The notes under the pieces: generated by a model
Databases searched by the model: none
The model's input: only the letters and a program-made list of their open reading frames with translations
What the model was told of the DNA's origin: nothing
In this document: positions 1-10,300 of the stretch, in pieces
Layout: every line of letters begins with the position of its first letter
How positions within the stretch are numbered: position 1 is the stretch's first letter
Position numbers and translations under genes: made by a program
Assembly (NCBI GenBank): GCA_963666315.2
Contig: CAXXHG010000020.1
Location: forward strand, 1-64,000
DNA from: Candidatus Binatia bacterium
Lineage (GTDB): Bacteria > Desulfobacterota > Binatia > Bin18
Length of the DNA: 64,000 nucleotides
Direction of reading: 5' to 3'

Positions 1-963
1 CTTGGCGATGCTATAGTCCATACGGGTAAAGGAAATGGCCGCGGCCAGGCGAATACGAAAATCGATATGCTCCAAAGCTTCCTGGACGAGCGGCAGTCCA
101 CTTGCATCCTTGAAATGGGCCAGTGAGGCCGCAGCCGTAGTGCGGACCATCTCAGAGGAATCCGCTTGCAGCGCCGTCCGCAGCAGGGGCACGACGCTGG
201 GGTCGTCAAGTGAACCCAGCAGGCCGACAATAGCGTCGCGGACTTGTTCGCTGCTATCACTCAATTTTGCAGTGAGGTAAGCAAGCCCCGTCGGATCGCC
301 CGCTGCAGCTAAAGACCAGGCCAGTGTGGCCGCACCGATGGGGTCTTTTTCCGTTTTGAGTAAGGTTTGTAAAACTGGAAGCGCAGCGCGAGAGCGCAAC
401 TCTCCAAGTCCTCCGGCCCCCTGAGTCCTAATGCGCGTGTCCGTGCTTCTGATAGCATCAAGATACAGCAGCAGTGCCGTTCTATCCCGCGTCCGCCGCA
501 ATCCCGACAGGGCGAGACGCTGGCCTTCCGAGTCTTTGTAGTACAGCCGGCGTAGGAGTCCGACCGCATCCGGTGTCGCCATATCTCCAAGAACGTCGAC
601 TGCCGTGCGCCGCAGCATGGGCTGGTCAGACCGTAAGGCTTCATCCAGAACAAAGAGCCCGCCAGGATCACCGCGCCGTCCCAGTATGCCCGCAACGACA
701 TTCCGCTCGTACGGATCGCCAAGCCGGAGACCAAGCCGAAGCACCTCAATCGCCAGCTGTTGCAAGGCGACCAACCCCTGTCGCGTGGCCGGGTCATACT
801 CGGCCTTGTACACGGCAACCGCGCCAAGCAGATCCCCCTGCTCAGCCTGAGCTGCGGCAGACTCTTCTTCAAGCGCGGCCGCGAAGTCGCGCGCGCCTAA
901 GGGACTTACCAAGAGGAGACTGAGGAGACTGAGGAGACTGCAAGAAAGTTGTTGTTTCTTCAT
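1..963 (-). CDS. Secreted HEAT/PBS-lyase repeat protein (3' end runs off the window)
   Basis: Not in the ORF track. Manual translation from ATG at 963 gives MKKQQLSCSLLSLLSLLLVSPLGA... and stays open to position 1, with HEAT-like units (LRRTAVDVLGDMATPDAVGLL; VRDAIVGLLGSLDDPSVVPLLRTAL; VRTTAAASLAHFKD). RBS AAGGAG upstream. Confidence 0.85.
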   Translation of the reverse strand, partial: MKKQQLSCSLLSLLSLLLVSPLGARDFAAALEEESAAAQAEQGDLLGAVAVYKAEYDPATRQGLVALQQLAIEVLRLGLRLGDPYERNVVAGILGRRGDPGGLFVLDEALRSDQPMLRRTAVDVLGDMATPDAVGLLRRLYYKDSEGQRLALSGLRRTRDRTALLLYLDAIRSTDTRIRTQGAGGLGELRSRAALPVLQTLLKTEKDPIGAATLAWSLAAAGDPTGLAYLTAKLSDSSEQVRDAIVGLLGSLDDPSVVPLLRTALQADSSEMVRTTAAASLAHFKDASGLPLVQEALEHIDFRIRLAAAISFTRMDYSIAK

Positions 964-974
964 CACTGCTCCTT

Positions 975-1457
975 TCACTGCACAGGCTCACCACCCGCGT
1001 GGATAGGGCTTACGTTATTCGGCCATGCTAGCTGGCCTATCTGTCGGAGCACTGCGGCATGGTCCCAGTAGATACGCTCAGCAGACATTTTTCCGTCACG
1101 AAATTCAATGATAATCACTAATTCCACTTCAATAGACTTTCCCGTGGGTGGCATGCCGGGCAAGAACCAATCCATCTGTTTGGTATGGACCATGCGCACC
1201 CGGGCCTCTTCGACAATACACTCATCAGTGACCACCCGATTCGTCATCGTGTGCTCCCACTCATTAGGGATCGAAGGAATAAACATATCCCGATAGTAGG
1301 AGCGCAGCTCAATCTTGCCTTTGCCTCCGGAGCGCGTCGGCATGTGCATGACCGAGGCATCTTCGACCATGGTCGACAACGAGAGGTCTACGTCCTTTTC
1401 GACAAACTCACCAACAATATGCTGTTCCCATAGTTTGACTTGTTCTTGTGCAGACAT
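975..1457 (-). CDS. SnoaL-like / ester cyclase family (NTF2-like) protein
   Basis: MSAQEQVKLWEQHIVGEF...HMPTRSGGKG...WFLPGMPPTGKSIEV...FRDGKMSAERIYWD. AGGGGAG upstream of ATG 1457. Confidence 0.85.
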   Translation of the reverse strand: MSAQEQVKLWEQHIVGEFVEKDVDLSLSTMVEDASVMHMPTRSGGKGKIELRSYYRDMFIPSIPNEWEHTMTNRVVTDECIVEEARVRMVHTKQMDWFLPGMPPTGKSIEVELVIIIEFRDGKMSAERIYWDHAAVLRQIGQLAWPNNVSPIHAGGEPVQ

Positions 1458-1558
1458 CGTTTCAACTCCCCTTCTCCAAGGCTGATAGTTTTTACAGCAC
1501 AAATTCTCTGGCAATAACACTCTATTGGATATCCGAAGTTTCTGAGATGATCCGGCTA

Positions 1559-2602
1559 TCACACTTCAGGGATTACCTCCCGGGCAAACCGCTCTAGAGT
1601 CAGCCGCGCAGCCTCTTCATTTTGAGTAGTAACAAAAATTGCAATATCGGTCATCCCAGCAGCTTCGAGTTCACGCGCTTTGTCGATGCAGTCCTGTGGA
1701 GTACCGGCAATAGTACACTTCTGGGCGACGGCATCAGGAATCAGCTGGCGGTGTTTGGCTGTCAGATCGAGGTGTTCGTAGAAGCGATAGCTCTCGGTGA
1801 TGGCTTTCACCACGTCGGCATGCTCAACTCCGAGCGTTTTCGGCAACCAGACCTTGCCTGCAATATTCCGTGCGGCAGTGGGTCGGACTTGATCGAGGGC
1901 TTTGCTGCGCTCATCGGCAATGGAGGCATCAATGGCCGCAATAAAACGTAGCTTCGAGGGGTCCTTTCCCACCTTGCGAGCGCCTTCGCTCGCCGCTTGG
2001 ATCGTCGCAGCCGCCCCTTCGGCATTACCGCCCATATGGCCGTCAACAATGACCCCATCGCCAATTTCGCCGACAAGCAGAGCGGCCTTCGGACCCATGA
2101 CCGCAATCTCGATCGGAATATTTCCCCACTCCTCAGCCCCAGCCACTCGCAGGCGAGACTCACGCCCCCAGGTTTTCTTATCTCCTTGCCCAGACAGCAC
2201 TGGCGCCTCAACTTCCTGCCCGGATAGTAAGTCACGAATGAACACAACATCTCGACGGAGTTGATTACGCTTGGCAGGAGAAAGGCCCGCTGTTCGTACT
2301 GCGGAGTCACCCGCACCAACGCCGAGAACGGCACGTCCCTGACTCAGCATATTCAGCGAAACCATGGCATTCGCAGTCACCGTAGGGTGACGCGTAATCA
2401 GGTTCGTAACCCCCGTGCCGAGTTTTACTCGTTCGGTCGCTTGCGCGCAACAGGCTAAGCAGATGTACACATCGTTCCATAACATTTGAGAGTCACCAAC
2501 GTACACGGTCGCATAGCCATACGTCTCGGCACACTGTGCCAACCGAACAACCGGTTCTATGTTTTGGCCCGAGTGCGGCCAGATCATAACGCTAAATCGC
2601 AT
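1559..2602 (-). CDS. LLM-class flavin-dependent oxidoreductase (Mer-like)
   Basis: VGDSQMLWNDVY, LGTGVTNLITRHP, GRAVLGVGAGDS motifs. Start taken at MRFSVMIWP. Confidence 0.9.
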   Translation of the reverse strand: MRFSVMIWPHSGQNIEPVVRLAQCAETYGYATVYVGDSQMLWNDVYICLACCAQATERVKLGTGVTNLITRHPTVTANAMVSLNMLSQGRAVLGVGAGDSAVRTAGLSPAKRNQLRRDVVFIRDLLSGQEVEAPVLSGQGDKKTWGRESRLRVAGAEEWGNIPIEIAVMGPKAALLVGEIGDGVIVDGHMGGNAEGAAATIQAASEGARKVGKDPSKLRFIAAIDASIADERSKALDQVRPTAARNIAGKVWLPKTLGVEHADVVKAITESYRFYEHLDLTAKHRQLIPDAVAQKCTIAGTPQDCIDKARELEAAGMTDIAIFVTTQNEEAARLTLERFAREVIPEV

Positions 2603-2680
2603 TGTACAATTTTCTTTAGGGTCGAAGCATGAACGAGCGGACATGCACTATTTTAGGCTGGACACTATACTCCTGCACTG

Positions 2681-4423
2681 TCAGCCATTCCGCAATTGCG
2701 CAGTTGCTTCCTCATCCACTACAAACATATCCGGATCAATCACAACCCCGTAATCCTTCTGCGCACTTTCAATTGACACGAGTCCATCCCTCACGTCTTG
2801 TACAACTTTTTCTATGCTACGCTCCATGGGATTGCCAAACCCGCCGCCACCACTTGCAACAATTTCGACTTCTTGTCCCTTGTAAAGAGTACTCATAGAA
2901 TTCACCGTCACCGCTTCTTCACGTCCGTCCGTATGATGAAGAATTTGACGGTTAGGTGGTGCAGCCTGCCCTCCCTGTAATCCGAACGGTGCGGTCGCGA
3001 GCTGTGTTCCGCTGCCAAAGTTGGCACACAATATATCGTCTGCCTCGACTCGCCAGCGATAGGTGACCCCCATTCCACCACGCCATTTTCCTGGCCCAGC
3101 ACTATCCTGTTGATATTCGAGGTGCTGAATGAAGTACGGATTGACCAACTCATGCAACTCGGGATCCGGCGAACGTAATCCGCCCAGACATATGACCGTA
3201 CCAATATGATCCCAGCCATCGAACCCGGCAGTCGCTCCGCCGCCACCCTTGCTCAGAAAATGAATCTCGCCAAACGGTCGTCCGGTGCGTGGATTCATTC
3301 CCGTTGTTGCTGGCGCACACCAGCGTCCCCAAGCCGCTTGCACCCGCTCCGGTACTGCCTGAGACAGCGCCAGCCAGCCCGCTTCGGTGATTGTTTCGCT
3401 CGTCAAAACCGTGCAGGCCGTACTGGGTGCGGGTTCAAGCGGGTTTAACACGCTTCCACTGGGGGCAACGATCGAGATCGGGCGCATTGCGCCTTCATTG
3501 TGCGCCAGCTCGGGATCTACCACCGTGAACATGGTCAGATAGGTGGCAGAGGCCGTATTTGGAAAGGGGCTATTCACATACCCCTGCACCTGAGGGTCAG
3601 ATTCTGAGCAATCAAAGACCACGGCGTCGTCTTGTACTTCGACCCGGAGCCGAATAGTGACAGGCCGGTCATGGACAATACCGTCATTATCAATCTGGCG
3701 CTCCGCCCGGTAGATGCCGTTCGGGATCTTTCGGATTTCTTCGCGCATGTGTTTTTCTGATGCAGCAAGGATACGTTCGATCACCGCATCAATAGTCGTA
3801 ATAGTGTGCTTTTCGACCAGTGCAGCCACATGTCGCTCGCCCAGCGTGGCCGCGCCGATGAGACAATGCAAATCGCCTTCCACGAGGAAGCGTAGTCGTA
3901 CATTAGACAGGATGAGCTCCCACATGCCACGGTTGACCGTGCCTCGTTCGTACAATTTTGCTGGCGGAATCCGAAGACCTTCATCCCATACGTCACGCCC
4001 AGCTGGATGATAGCCCGCCGCTCCGCCACCTCCGGTGTCGGCCAGATGGCCTTTGGTGACTGACCAAAAGCATAACTCACCATCCACAAAGACGGGCCTG
4101 GTAACCGTAAAGTCTGGCAGATGGTTATTGCCTCGATATGGGTCGTTTAGGATAAAGACGTCACCCGGATGAATATCGCCGGCATACGTCTCAGCAATCG
4201 ACCGCACGGCCCACGGAGTCGCGGCCAATAACACAGGGATATAGGCGGTCTGGGCTACAAGGCGAAGCTGGCGGTCATAAATCGCAGTGACAAAATCGCG
4301 GGCCTCGCTAAAGATGGGCGACCGAGAGGTACGCAGCATGGTCTGGCCCATCTCTTTAGTAATCGAATTCAACCGATTAAAGATTACGGAGAGAAGGATG
4401 GGGCCAATGGATTCAGCATTCAT
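2681..4423 (-). CDS. hyuB: Hydantoinase B / oxoprolinase family subunit
   Basis: RTSRSPIFSEARDF, LNDPYRGNNHLPD, GHLADTGG, SGGGGFGNP motifs. Start taken at MNAESIGP. Confidence 0.92.
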   Translation of the reverse strand: MNAESIGPILLSVIFNRLNSITKEMGQTMLRTSRSPIFSEARDFVTAIYDRQLRLVAQTAYIPVLLAATPWAVRSIAETYAGDIHPGDVFILNDPYRGNNHLPDFTVTRPVFVDGELCFWSVTKGHLADTGGGGAAGYHPAGRDVWDEGLRIPPAKLYERGTVNRGMWELILSNVRLRFLVEGDLHCLIGAATLGERHVAALVEKHTITTIDAVIERILAASEKHMREEIRKIPNGIYRAERQIDNDGIVHDRPVTIRLRVEVQDDAVVFDCSESDPQVQGYVNSPFPNTASATYLTMFTVVDPELAHNEGAMRPISIVAPSGSVLNPLEPAPSTACTVLTSETITEAGWLALSQAVPERVQAAWGRWCAPATTGMNPRTGRPFGEIHFLSKGGGGATAGFDGWDHIGTVICLGGLRSPDPELHELVNPYFIQHLEYQQDSAGPGKWRGGMGVTYRWRVEADDILCANFGSGTQLATAPFGLQGGQAAPPNRQILHHTDGREEAVTVNSMSTLYKGQEVEIVASGGGGFGNPMERSIEKVVQDVRDGLVSIESAQKDYGVVIDPDMFVVDEEATAQLRNG

Positions 4424-4443
4424 GGTGTTTCTACTCGCACTCT

Positions 4444-4521
4444 GTAGGAGCAGTCCTGCGGGGATCTGCAGACCTGTGTGTACGTCTTTAAGAACGGGCA
4501 GACACGATGGTCTGTCCCTAC
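4444..4521. repeat. GTAG-type REP-like inverted pair between hyuA and hyuB
   Basis: Begins GTAGGAGCAG..., contains GCAGACCTGTGTG, and ends with an inverted copy GGGCAGACACGATGGTCTGTCCCTAC that has an internal palindrome. Confidence 0.5.
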
Positions 4522-6630
4522 TCACCCCGACGAATGCTCCCTTTTTAACTCTTCCAGAACTTCTTCTAATTTCCGTTCTCGTATATGTAATATATAATTG
4601 CGGTAGGCGTCACACACTAAACGATAGCCGGGTGGAACGAGCACAGTCGTATGTGATTGGTCAATCAATGCCGGCCCCATAACCGTAAACCCATGCTCGA
4701 ACTTCATCCCGTCGTAGACGGGGACAAGGTATGACTGACCGGAAAAGAATGCCTGGCGCTGTCCTTTTCGAGCTGCCGCAGAATCTTCTCCAACGAACGG
4801 ATGTTGCGGAAACTGAGGTTTGTCGGTGAGACCCAGCGCTTTGATACGCAGGTTAATCATTTCAAGCGGTGCATCTGGCATAGCGTATCCGTATAAGGAT
4901 TCGTGCAGGTCGTGAAAGCGTACGGCCGCCGCTTCCAGGGCAGCATGAGACAGCCGAGACGGGATGGTCACTTCAACCTCGTGGAACTGACCAATATAGC
5001 GGACGTCAAGAGCAGCATTGATACGTATCTTGTCGGAGGGGATACCTTCTGTGGCCAACGTATGCTGGGCTTCTTCTGCAATCTTAGTCAGCGTTTGGTT
5101 GATCTCATCGAGAGCGATGGCATTCCAATCACAGGTGAACGTGCGTACATAATCGTGCTGCAAGTCGGAAATAAGCATCCCTGCAGCACAGAAAACAGAC
5201 GACGCACGCGGAATAAGGATCAGTGGAATTTCTAACTCTAGAGCGATCATGCCAGCGTGAAGCGGCCCTGCTCCGCCAGCAACGACTAAAACAAACTCCC
5301 GAGGATCATATCCCTTCTCAACGGAAACGACCCGAAGTGCAGCCGCCATATTGGCGTTCACAATCCGATAGATGCCCTCAGCTGCTTCAACTGGGGACAT
5401 CCCCAGGGGTCGCGCAATATGATCAGTAATCGCGCGCTGCGCATCCTCTCTGTCTAGGCGCATCTCACCGTCCAAAAATCCGTCTGGGTCGAGATAGCCA
5501 AGCACGAGATCCGCGTCTGTCACAGTTGGTTCTGTTCCCCCGCGCCGGTAACAGACTGGTCCTGGCTCGGCACCCGCACTCTTGGGTCCAACGCGCAGGA
5601 GGCCACCTGCATCGATCCAGGCAATACTCCCGCCGCCTGCGCCAACCGTATGGATATCGAGGATAGGCAGCGCGAGTCGATATCCACCAATCTCTCCCTC
5701 TGTTGTAGTCACCGGTTGGCGGTCACGAATCAGACATGCATCAAAGCTGGTACCTCCCATGTCCACAGTAATGACACTCCGTAGTTCATGCGTGTCTCCA
5801 TAAAATACTCCGGCCATAGGTCCCCCTGCCGGACCGGAGAGGAGCGTATTTACTGCAAAGCGGTGGGTAAGCTGGGGCGACATCACGCCGCCGTTAGACT
5901 GCATGATCAGCAAGATCCCACCAAATCCAGCTCCATTGAGTTTTTTCTCAAGATCGATCAGATACCGTGCGAGCGGTGGGCCGACGGTTGCATTGAGAAC
6001 CGTGGTGGAATGTCGCTCATAGACCCGAATCTGGGGTAGGACATCCGACGAGAGAGAAAGATAGATGTCAGGCAACGCGTCGTGGATCAACTCTCCAGTT
6101 CGCTGCTCGTGCGCAGGAGATAAAAAAGACCACAAATAGCTGACGGCAATAGCCTCAACGCTCTCTGACCGAAGACGCTCTATCGTGTCCAGCACGTCTC
6201 GCTCATTGAGCGGAATAACCACTTTCCCCTCAACGTTGACACGTTCTTCAATTGGGTAAATACGTTCACGAGGGACGAGGGGGGGTGGCGGATTATATTT
6301 ACTGTCATACTGCCGCTCACGCAGCCCACGCCGCATATTGAGCAGATCGCGAAATCCTTTAGTCGTGAGAAAGGCAGTTTTGGCTCCTTCCCCAGTCAAG
6401 ATAGCGTTGGTCGTAATCGTCGTACCGTGGACAATAACGCTGACTTGACTGAGAAAGGCAGAGACTCCGAGGTCGAAAGAGGCAGCGATTTTCTGTACCC
6501 CCTGGAACACGCCGATTTCAGGCTGCCTTGGTGTGGTCGGGGTTTTATACACCTCAACTGTTCCTTGTGCGTCAGTGACAAGGAAATCGGTAAAGGTCCC
6601 ACCGACGTCGATGCCGATCTTGTATGGCAT
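4522..6630 (-). CDS. hyuA: Hydantoinase A / oxoprolinase family subunit (ATP-binding)
   Basis: IGIDVGGTFTD, HGTTITTNA, LLSGPAGG, DMGGTSFD, VGAGGGSIA, GPKSAGAEPGP motifs. Confidence 0.95.
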   Translation of the reverse strand: MPYKIGIDVGGTFTDFLVTDAQGTVEVYKTPTTPRQPEIGVFQGVQKIAASFDLGVSAFLSQVSVIVHGTTITTNAILTGEGAKTAFLTTKGFRDLLNMRRGLRERQYDSKYNPPPPLVPRERIYPIEERVNVEGKVVIPLNERDVLDTIERLRSESVEAIAVSYLWSFLSPAHEQRTGELIHDALPDIYLSLSSDVLPQIRVYERHSTTVLNATVGPPLARYLIDLEKKLNGAGFGGILLIMQSNGGVMSPQLTHRFAVNTLLSGPAGGPMAGVFYGDTHELRSVITVDMGGTSFDACLIRDRQPVTTTEGEIGGYRLALPILDIHTVGAGGGSIAWIDAGGLLRVGPKSAGAEPGPVCYRRGGTEPTVTDADLVLGYLDPDGFLDGEMRLDREDAQRAITDHIARPLGMSPVEAAEGIYRIVNANMAAALRVVSVEKGYDPREFVLVVAGGAGPLHAGMIALELEIPLILIPRASSVFCAAGMLISDLQHDYVRTFTCDWNAIALDEINQTLTKIAEEAQHTLATEGIPSDKIRINAALDVRYIGQFHEVEVTIPSRLSHAALEAAAVRFHDLHESLYGYAMPDAPLEMINLRIKALGLTDKPQFPQHPFVGEDSAAARKGQRQAFFSGQSYLVPVYDGMKFEHGFTVMGPALIDQSHTTVLVPPGYRLVCDAYRNYILHIRERKLEEVLEELKREHSSG

Positions 6631-6683
6631 AGACTGCCTACTGGTTGCAGTAGCTCAAGACGGGTTGTTCACAACTGCTGCGC

Positions 6684-7121
6684 TTACTCTTTCACGAGAG
6701 CAAACGTCGGCAAATACCGCTCCTCCCCTTCCGGGTCCGGACCGACAGCAGACGGGGACAACACAACCGTAAGTCCACGCTGGACTTGAGCTGATTCGGT
6801 TTCAACTAGCCGGGTGAAGATCCGTAGCTCTTCAATGAAAACAACGGCAAAAATCAGAGGTCGAGGGAAACCTGGCGGCACGCCGGTCTCTTGGATAGTA
6901 AAGGCGTGAATCGTGCCCTGGTTCGGGAGCGCCACCCAGTCAAGTTGATCTGAGAGGCAGTTCGGACACACAACACGCGGTGGCCAGTGCCGCTGCTCAC
7001 ACCGGGTGCAAGCGGTTGTCACGAGCTTTTCTTCCTGCAGTGCCTCATAAAACGGCGTCAGCCGGGTATTTTTATTACCTTGCAGCGGAAAGGGATCAAT
7101 GGCGCGAAAATACTCGTTCAT
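6684..7121 (-). CDS. DUF35 Zn-ribbon/OB-fold protein (thiolase partner)
   Basis: CTRC...WPPRVVCPNC zinc ribbon followed by GTIHAFT OB-fold. Lies directly downstream of a thiolase. Confidence 0.9.
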   Translation of the reverse strand: MNEYFRAIDPFPLQGNKNTRLTPFYEALQEEKLVTTACTRCEQRHWPPRVVCPNCLSDQLDWVALPNQGTIHAFTIQETGVPPGFPRPLIFAVVFIEELRIFTRLVETESAQVQRGLTVVLSPSAVGPDPEGEERYLPTFALVKE

Positions 7122-7127
7122 CCTGCC

Positions 7128-8291
7128 CTATTCCTTGCCATAAATCATGACCAAATGCTCACCCATGCCACTATTATTATGCGTCAGTCCGATCCGCGCG
7201 TTAGGCACCTGTCGTTCGCCGGCCTCACCGCGCAACTGCCAAAAGGCTTCAACCGCCTGGGCCACCCCAGTTGCGCCGAACGGATGTCCACAGCCCATAA
7301 GGCCGCCACGAGGATTGACGACCACATCTCCGCCATAATCGGACCGTCCCTCAGCAGCAAAAGGGCCGCCTTCACCTTTTTGACAAAAGCCGAGCTCTTC
7401 GTATGCGATCACTTCCGCGATGGCAAAACAGTCATGGACCTCAGCCAGATCCACATCCTGGGCCTGAATACCGGCCATTGTATACGCATCTTCAGCCGCC
7501 TGCTTCAGGGCCGGCCAACTTGCGTAGTCAGGATCAAGACTGGAAATAGAGAATCCATGCACCGCCTGTCCGGTGCCCCGAACATAGACGGGTTTCTCGG
7601 TCAGATCTTTGGCCCGTTCTTCACTGGCCAAAATCACAGCGGCTGCGCCGTCACTAATAGGCGAACACATAAAGAGCCGTAGCGGAGAGGCGATCATACG
7701 TGAGCATATGACATCATCCAGTGTCATCCCGTTCCGAAAATGAGCATACGGATTTTTGCTCGAATGGGTGTGGTTTTTCACCGAGACGTGGGCCAACTGC
7801 TCTTCTGTTGTTCCATACTCAGCCATATGGAGTTGGGCAGCCAGCGCGAAAGAAGGTGGAGCGGTCAGCCCAAAGCAGGCCTCCCAGTCGCGATCTACCC
7901 CTGTGCCCATATTCAAAATCGCTTCACCCATATTCGGCAGATTCAGCTTCTCCACCCCAAGCACCATCACCACATCGGCCAAGCCAGCCGCAATAAATGC
8001 ATAGGCATAGCGTATGCCAACGCTGCCGCTGGCGCACATATGCTCGGTCCGCGCCGAGAGCTTTCGTGGTTGAATGCCCAAGGTTTCAGCCGCAAGTGGC
8101 GCAATATGACTTTGAAAGGCGGTACGTTCAGGCAGGACAGCACCAACCACGAGGCCATCAACATCCCTTGGAGTGAGTTGGGGGATTGATGCAAAACAGG
8201 CCTGGCCCGCCTCAGCAATGAGTTCCCGAAAGCCGGCCTCCCGCACGCCAAAGCGTGTGAGTCCCGCTCCGACCAAAGCAACACGACGCAT
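7128..8291 (-). CDS. SCP2-type thiolase / acetyl-CoA acyltransferase
   Basis: EHMCASG catalytic Cys, KNH, AEVHDCF, GHPFGATG. RBS AGGAG. Confidence 0.92.
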   Translation of the reverse strand: MRRVALVGAGLTRFGVREAGFRELIAEAGQACFASIPQLTPRDVDGLVVGAVLPERTAFQSHIAPLAAETLGIQPRKLSARTEHMCASGSVGIRYAYAFIAAGLADVVMVLGVEKLNLPNMGEAILNMGTGVDRDWEACFGLTAPPSFALAAQLHMAEYGTTEEQLAHVSVKNHTHSSKNPYAHFRNGMTLDDVICSRMIASPLRLFMCSPISDGAAAVILASEERAKDLTEKPVYVRGTGQAVHGFSISSLDPDYASWPALKQAAEDAYTMAGIQAQDVDLAEVHDCFAIAEVIAYEELGFCQKGEGGPFAAEGRSDYGGDVVVNPRGGLMGCGHPFGATGVAQAVEAFWQLRGEAGERQVPNARIGLTHNNSGMGEHLVMIYGKE

Positions 8292-8355
8292 AGGAGGCTC
8301 CTTTCTTTTTGGACTGACCTAACTAAGCAGGAATTTACACTATTGGAAAGATTGA

Positions 8356-10191
8356 TTATTTGCCTGGCGGAGCGTCGAGACGGTCCCGAGTCTGTTTAGC
8401 CTCTTCTACTTTCCCAACTTTTGCGTAGAGTTGAGCTAATTGCTCAAGCGTCTCTCGCGTAGCTGGGCTGTCTTTAGGCAGGACTTCTTCTTGAATCTGC
8501 AGCGCCTTTTGTGTCAGCGCGACCGCCTCGTCGTTTTTGCCCTGCTCGGAATAGAATGTGGCCTGAGTCCGTAAGTTCAACGCAACATTCGGATGATCAG
8601 ACCCAAGCGATGCTGCCATGACTGTGGCCGCTTCTTCGTACAGGGGCAGGTAGATCGCGTAATCCCGAGTTTCCTGGAGCAAGCCGGTAATACCACTCAT
8701 CGTCGTGGCCAGATTATTTAAGCTTACAGCAATATCACGCTGCCCTGGCGCAAGTGCTATTGCTTCAACCCCAAGCGCCTCTTCATAATAGCGCTGGGAT
8801 TCTTTTAGATCTCCCGTATCTTTCAGAAAGAGCGCAAACTGGTTGAGACTCGTCGCAAGATTGGGATGGTCTTCACCCAGGGCAGTCTGCATCACCTGCA
8901 CAGATCGTTCGAACAATGGCCGCGCCGTATCAAAGTTACCATTCTGATGGTGGAGTGAAGCCAGGTTGTTTAAGCTTACAGAAACATTTGGATGGACATC
9001 TCCATAGGCAGTCTCGGTAATGTGTAAGGCACGTTCATACAGCGGCAATGGACGTTCTAAGTCGCCCCCTTCTCGGAGGGTTAACGCCAGATTATTGAGA
9101 CTAATAGCCACTGCAGGGTGATGCTCGCCCAGGGCTTGTTCGTTAATCGCAATCACCTGCTCATAGACCTGTGCCGCGCCGGCATAGTCCTGGATTTGAT
9201 ACAGCAAAGACGCCAGATTATTCAGACTTGTCGCCACATCCGGATGGGCCCGACCATAGGCATCCGTATAAATCTCCGCAGCCCGTTCAAACATCGGTCT
9301 CGCTTTGCCAAAGTCACCGGTCTGATACAACGCGGATCCAAGATTATTCAGACTCGCCGCTACATCCGGATGGGCAGGCCCCAGGGCGGCCTCCCGAATT
9401 TCGAGCGCGCGTTGCTGAACTTTCTGCGCCTCAGGATAGTCCCCGATTGCTTTCAGCAGGAGGCCCAGACGAGTCAAATCATCGCCGACAATCGCGTGCT
9501 GCGGACCATGCGCTCGCTCATGAATAGAGAGCGCAGTCTGCAGGAGCGTCCGTGCCCCAGCATAGTTTTGAGTCGCGATGAAGAGCTCGCCCAGATTGAT
9601 CATGCTGAGCGCAACGGCTGGATGTTCATTGCCGAGTTGTTGTTCATGAATCGTTAAGGCTCGTTCAAAGAGCGGACGTGCATCGTCATACTTCTTTTGC
9701 TCTTTGTAGAATGTCGCAAGATTGCCGAGGCTGACGGCAACCGCAGCATGCGACTCTCCGTACGCCGCTTCGGTAATCGTCAGCGCGCGCTCGAATAGCG
9801 CTCGCGCAGCGGAAGATTTATTCTGATCTTGCAGGACAAGCGCGAGGTTGGTCAGGCTGCGGACAATGCCAGGATGCTCTTTCCCGATCTGCTTTTCATC
9901 AATTATAAGGGCTCGCTCAAAGAGTCTCTGTGCCTCGTCGTACTGACGTGTCTCTTGGAGCAACAGGGCCAGATTGTTCAGACTCTGGGAGATTACCGGA
10001 TGGTCCGGTCCGGCGACGTCCTGTGTTCGCTGCAGAAGGTCGCGCGCTATCGGAATCGCCGCTTGGAATTTTCCGGCCGCGTGTAAACGTCCGGCTTCCT
10101 GCGCCAATTGTTTGAGACGGCTAGCTGGAGATTCCTCTTGGCCGTAAGCCAACGGTTGGCCATAGGCCAGCGGCACGGAACACCAGAGCAC
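8356..10191 (-). CDS. Secreted tetratricopeptide repeat protein (42-aa kinesin-light-chain-like repeats)
   Basis: About a dozen repeats of the form G.EHP.VA.SLNNLA.L...G.Y..ARPLFERAL.I.E. The start is uncertain: the frame stays open upstream through a hydrophobic stretch but has no in-frame ATG. Confidence 0.88.
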   Translation of the reverse strand: MLWCSVPLAYGQPLAYGQEESPASRLKQLAQEAGRLHAAGKFQAAIPIARDLLQRTQDVAGPDHPVISQSLNNLALLLQETRQYDEAQRLFERALIIDEKQIGKEHPGIVRSLTNLALVLQDQNKSSAARALFERALTITEAAYGESHAAVAVSLGNLATFYKEQKKYDDARPLFERALTIHEQQLGNEHPAVALSMINLGELFIATQNYAGARTLLQTALSIHERAHGPQHAIVGDDLTRLGLLLKAIGDYPEAQKVQQRALEIREAALGPAHPDVAASLNNLGSALYQTGDFGKARPMFERAAEIYTDAYGRAHPDVATSLNNLASLLYQIQDYAGAAQVYEQVIAINEQALGEHHPAVAISLNNLALTLREGGDLERPLPLYERALHITETAYGDVHPNVSVSLNNLASLHHQNGNFDTARPLFERSVQVMQTALGEDHPNLATSLNQFALFLKDTGDLKESQRYYEEALGVEAIALAPGQRDIAVSLNNLATTMSGITGLLQETRDYAIYLPLYEEAATVMAASLGSDHPNVALNLRTQATFYSEQGKNDEAVALTQKALQIQEEVLPKDSPATRETLEQLAQLYAKVGKVEEAKQTRDRLDAPPGK

Positions 10192-10300
10192 GGTGAGGGT
10201 AATCAGAACGACGGCGGTATGCGTGCGCCTATCCCATGTATTCCGTTTGCGGGAGCCACACTCCCATCATTAGTGCAGACTGCGCTCCCTGGAGACGGCG

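Noticed and set aside
309-923. ORF-track ORFs 309-872, 474-923 and 605-850
   Set aside because: They are shadows of the HEAT-repeat gene (1-963, minus), which the track missed because it runs off the window.
8400-10000. 126-bp periodicity as a non-coding repeat array
   Set aside because: Explained by the 42-aa TPR repeats of the encoded protein.
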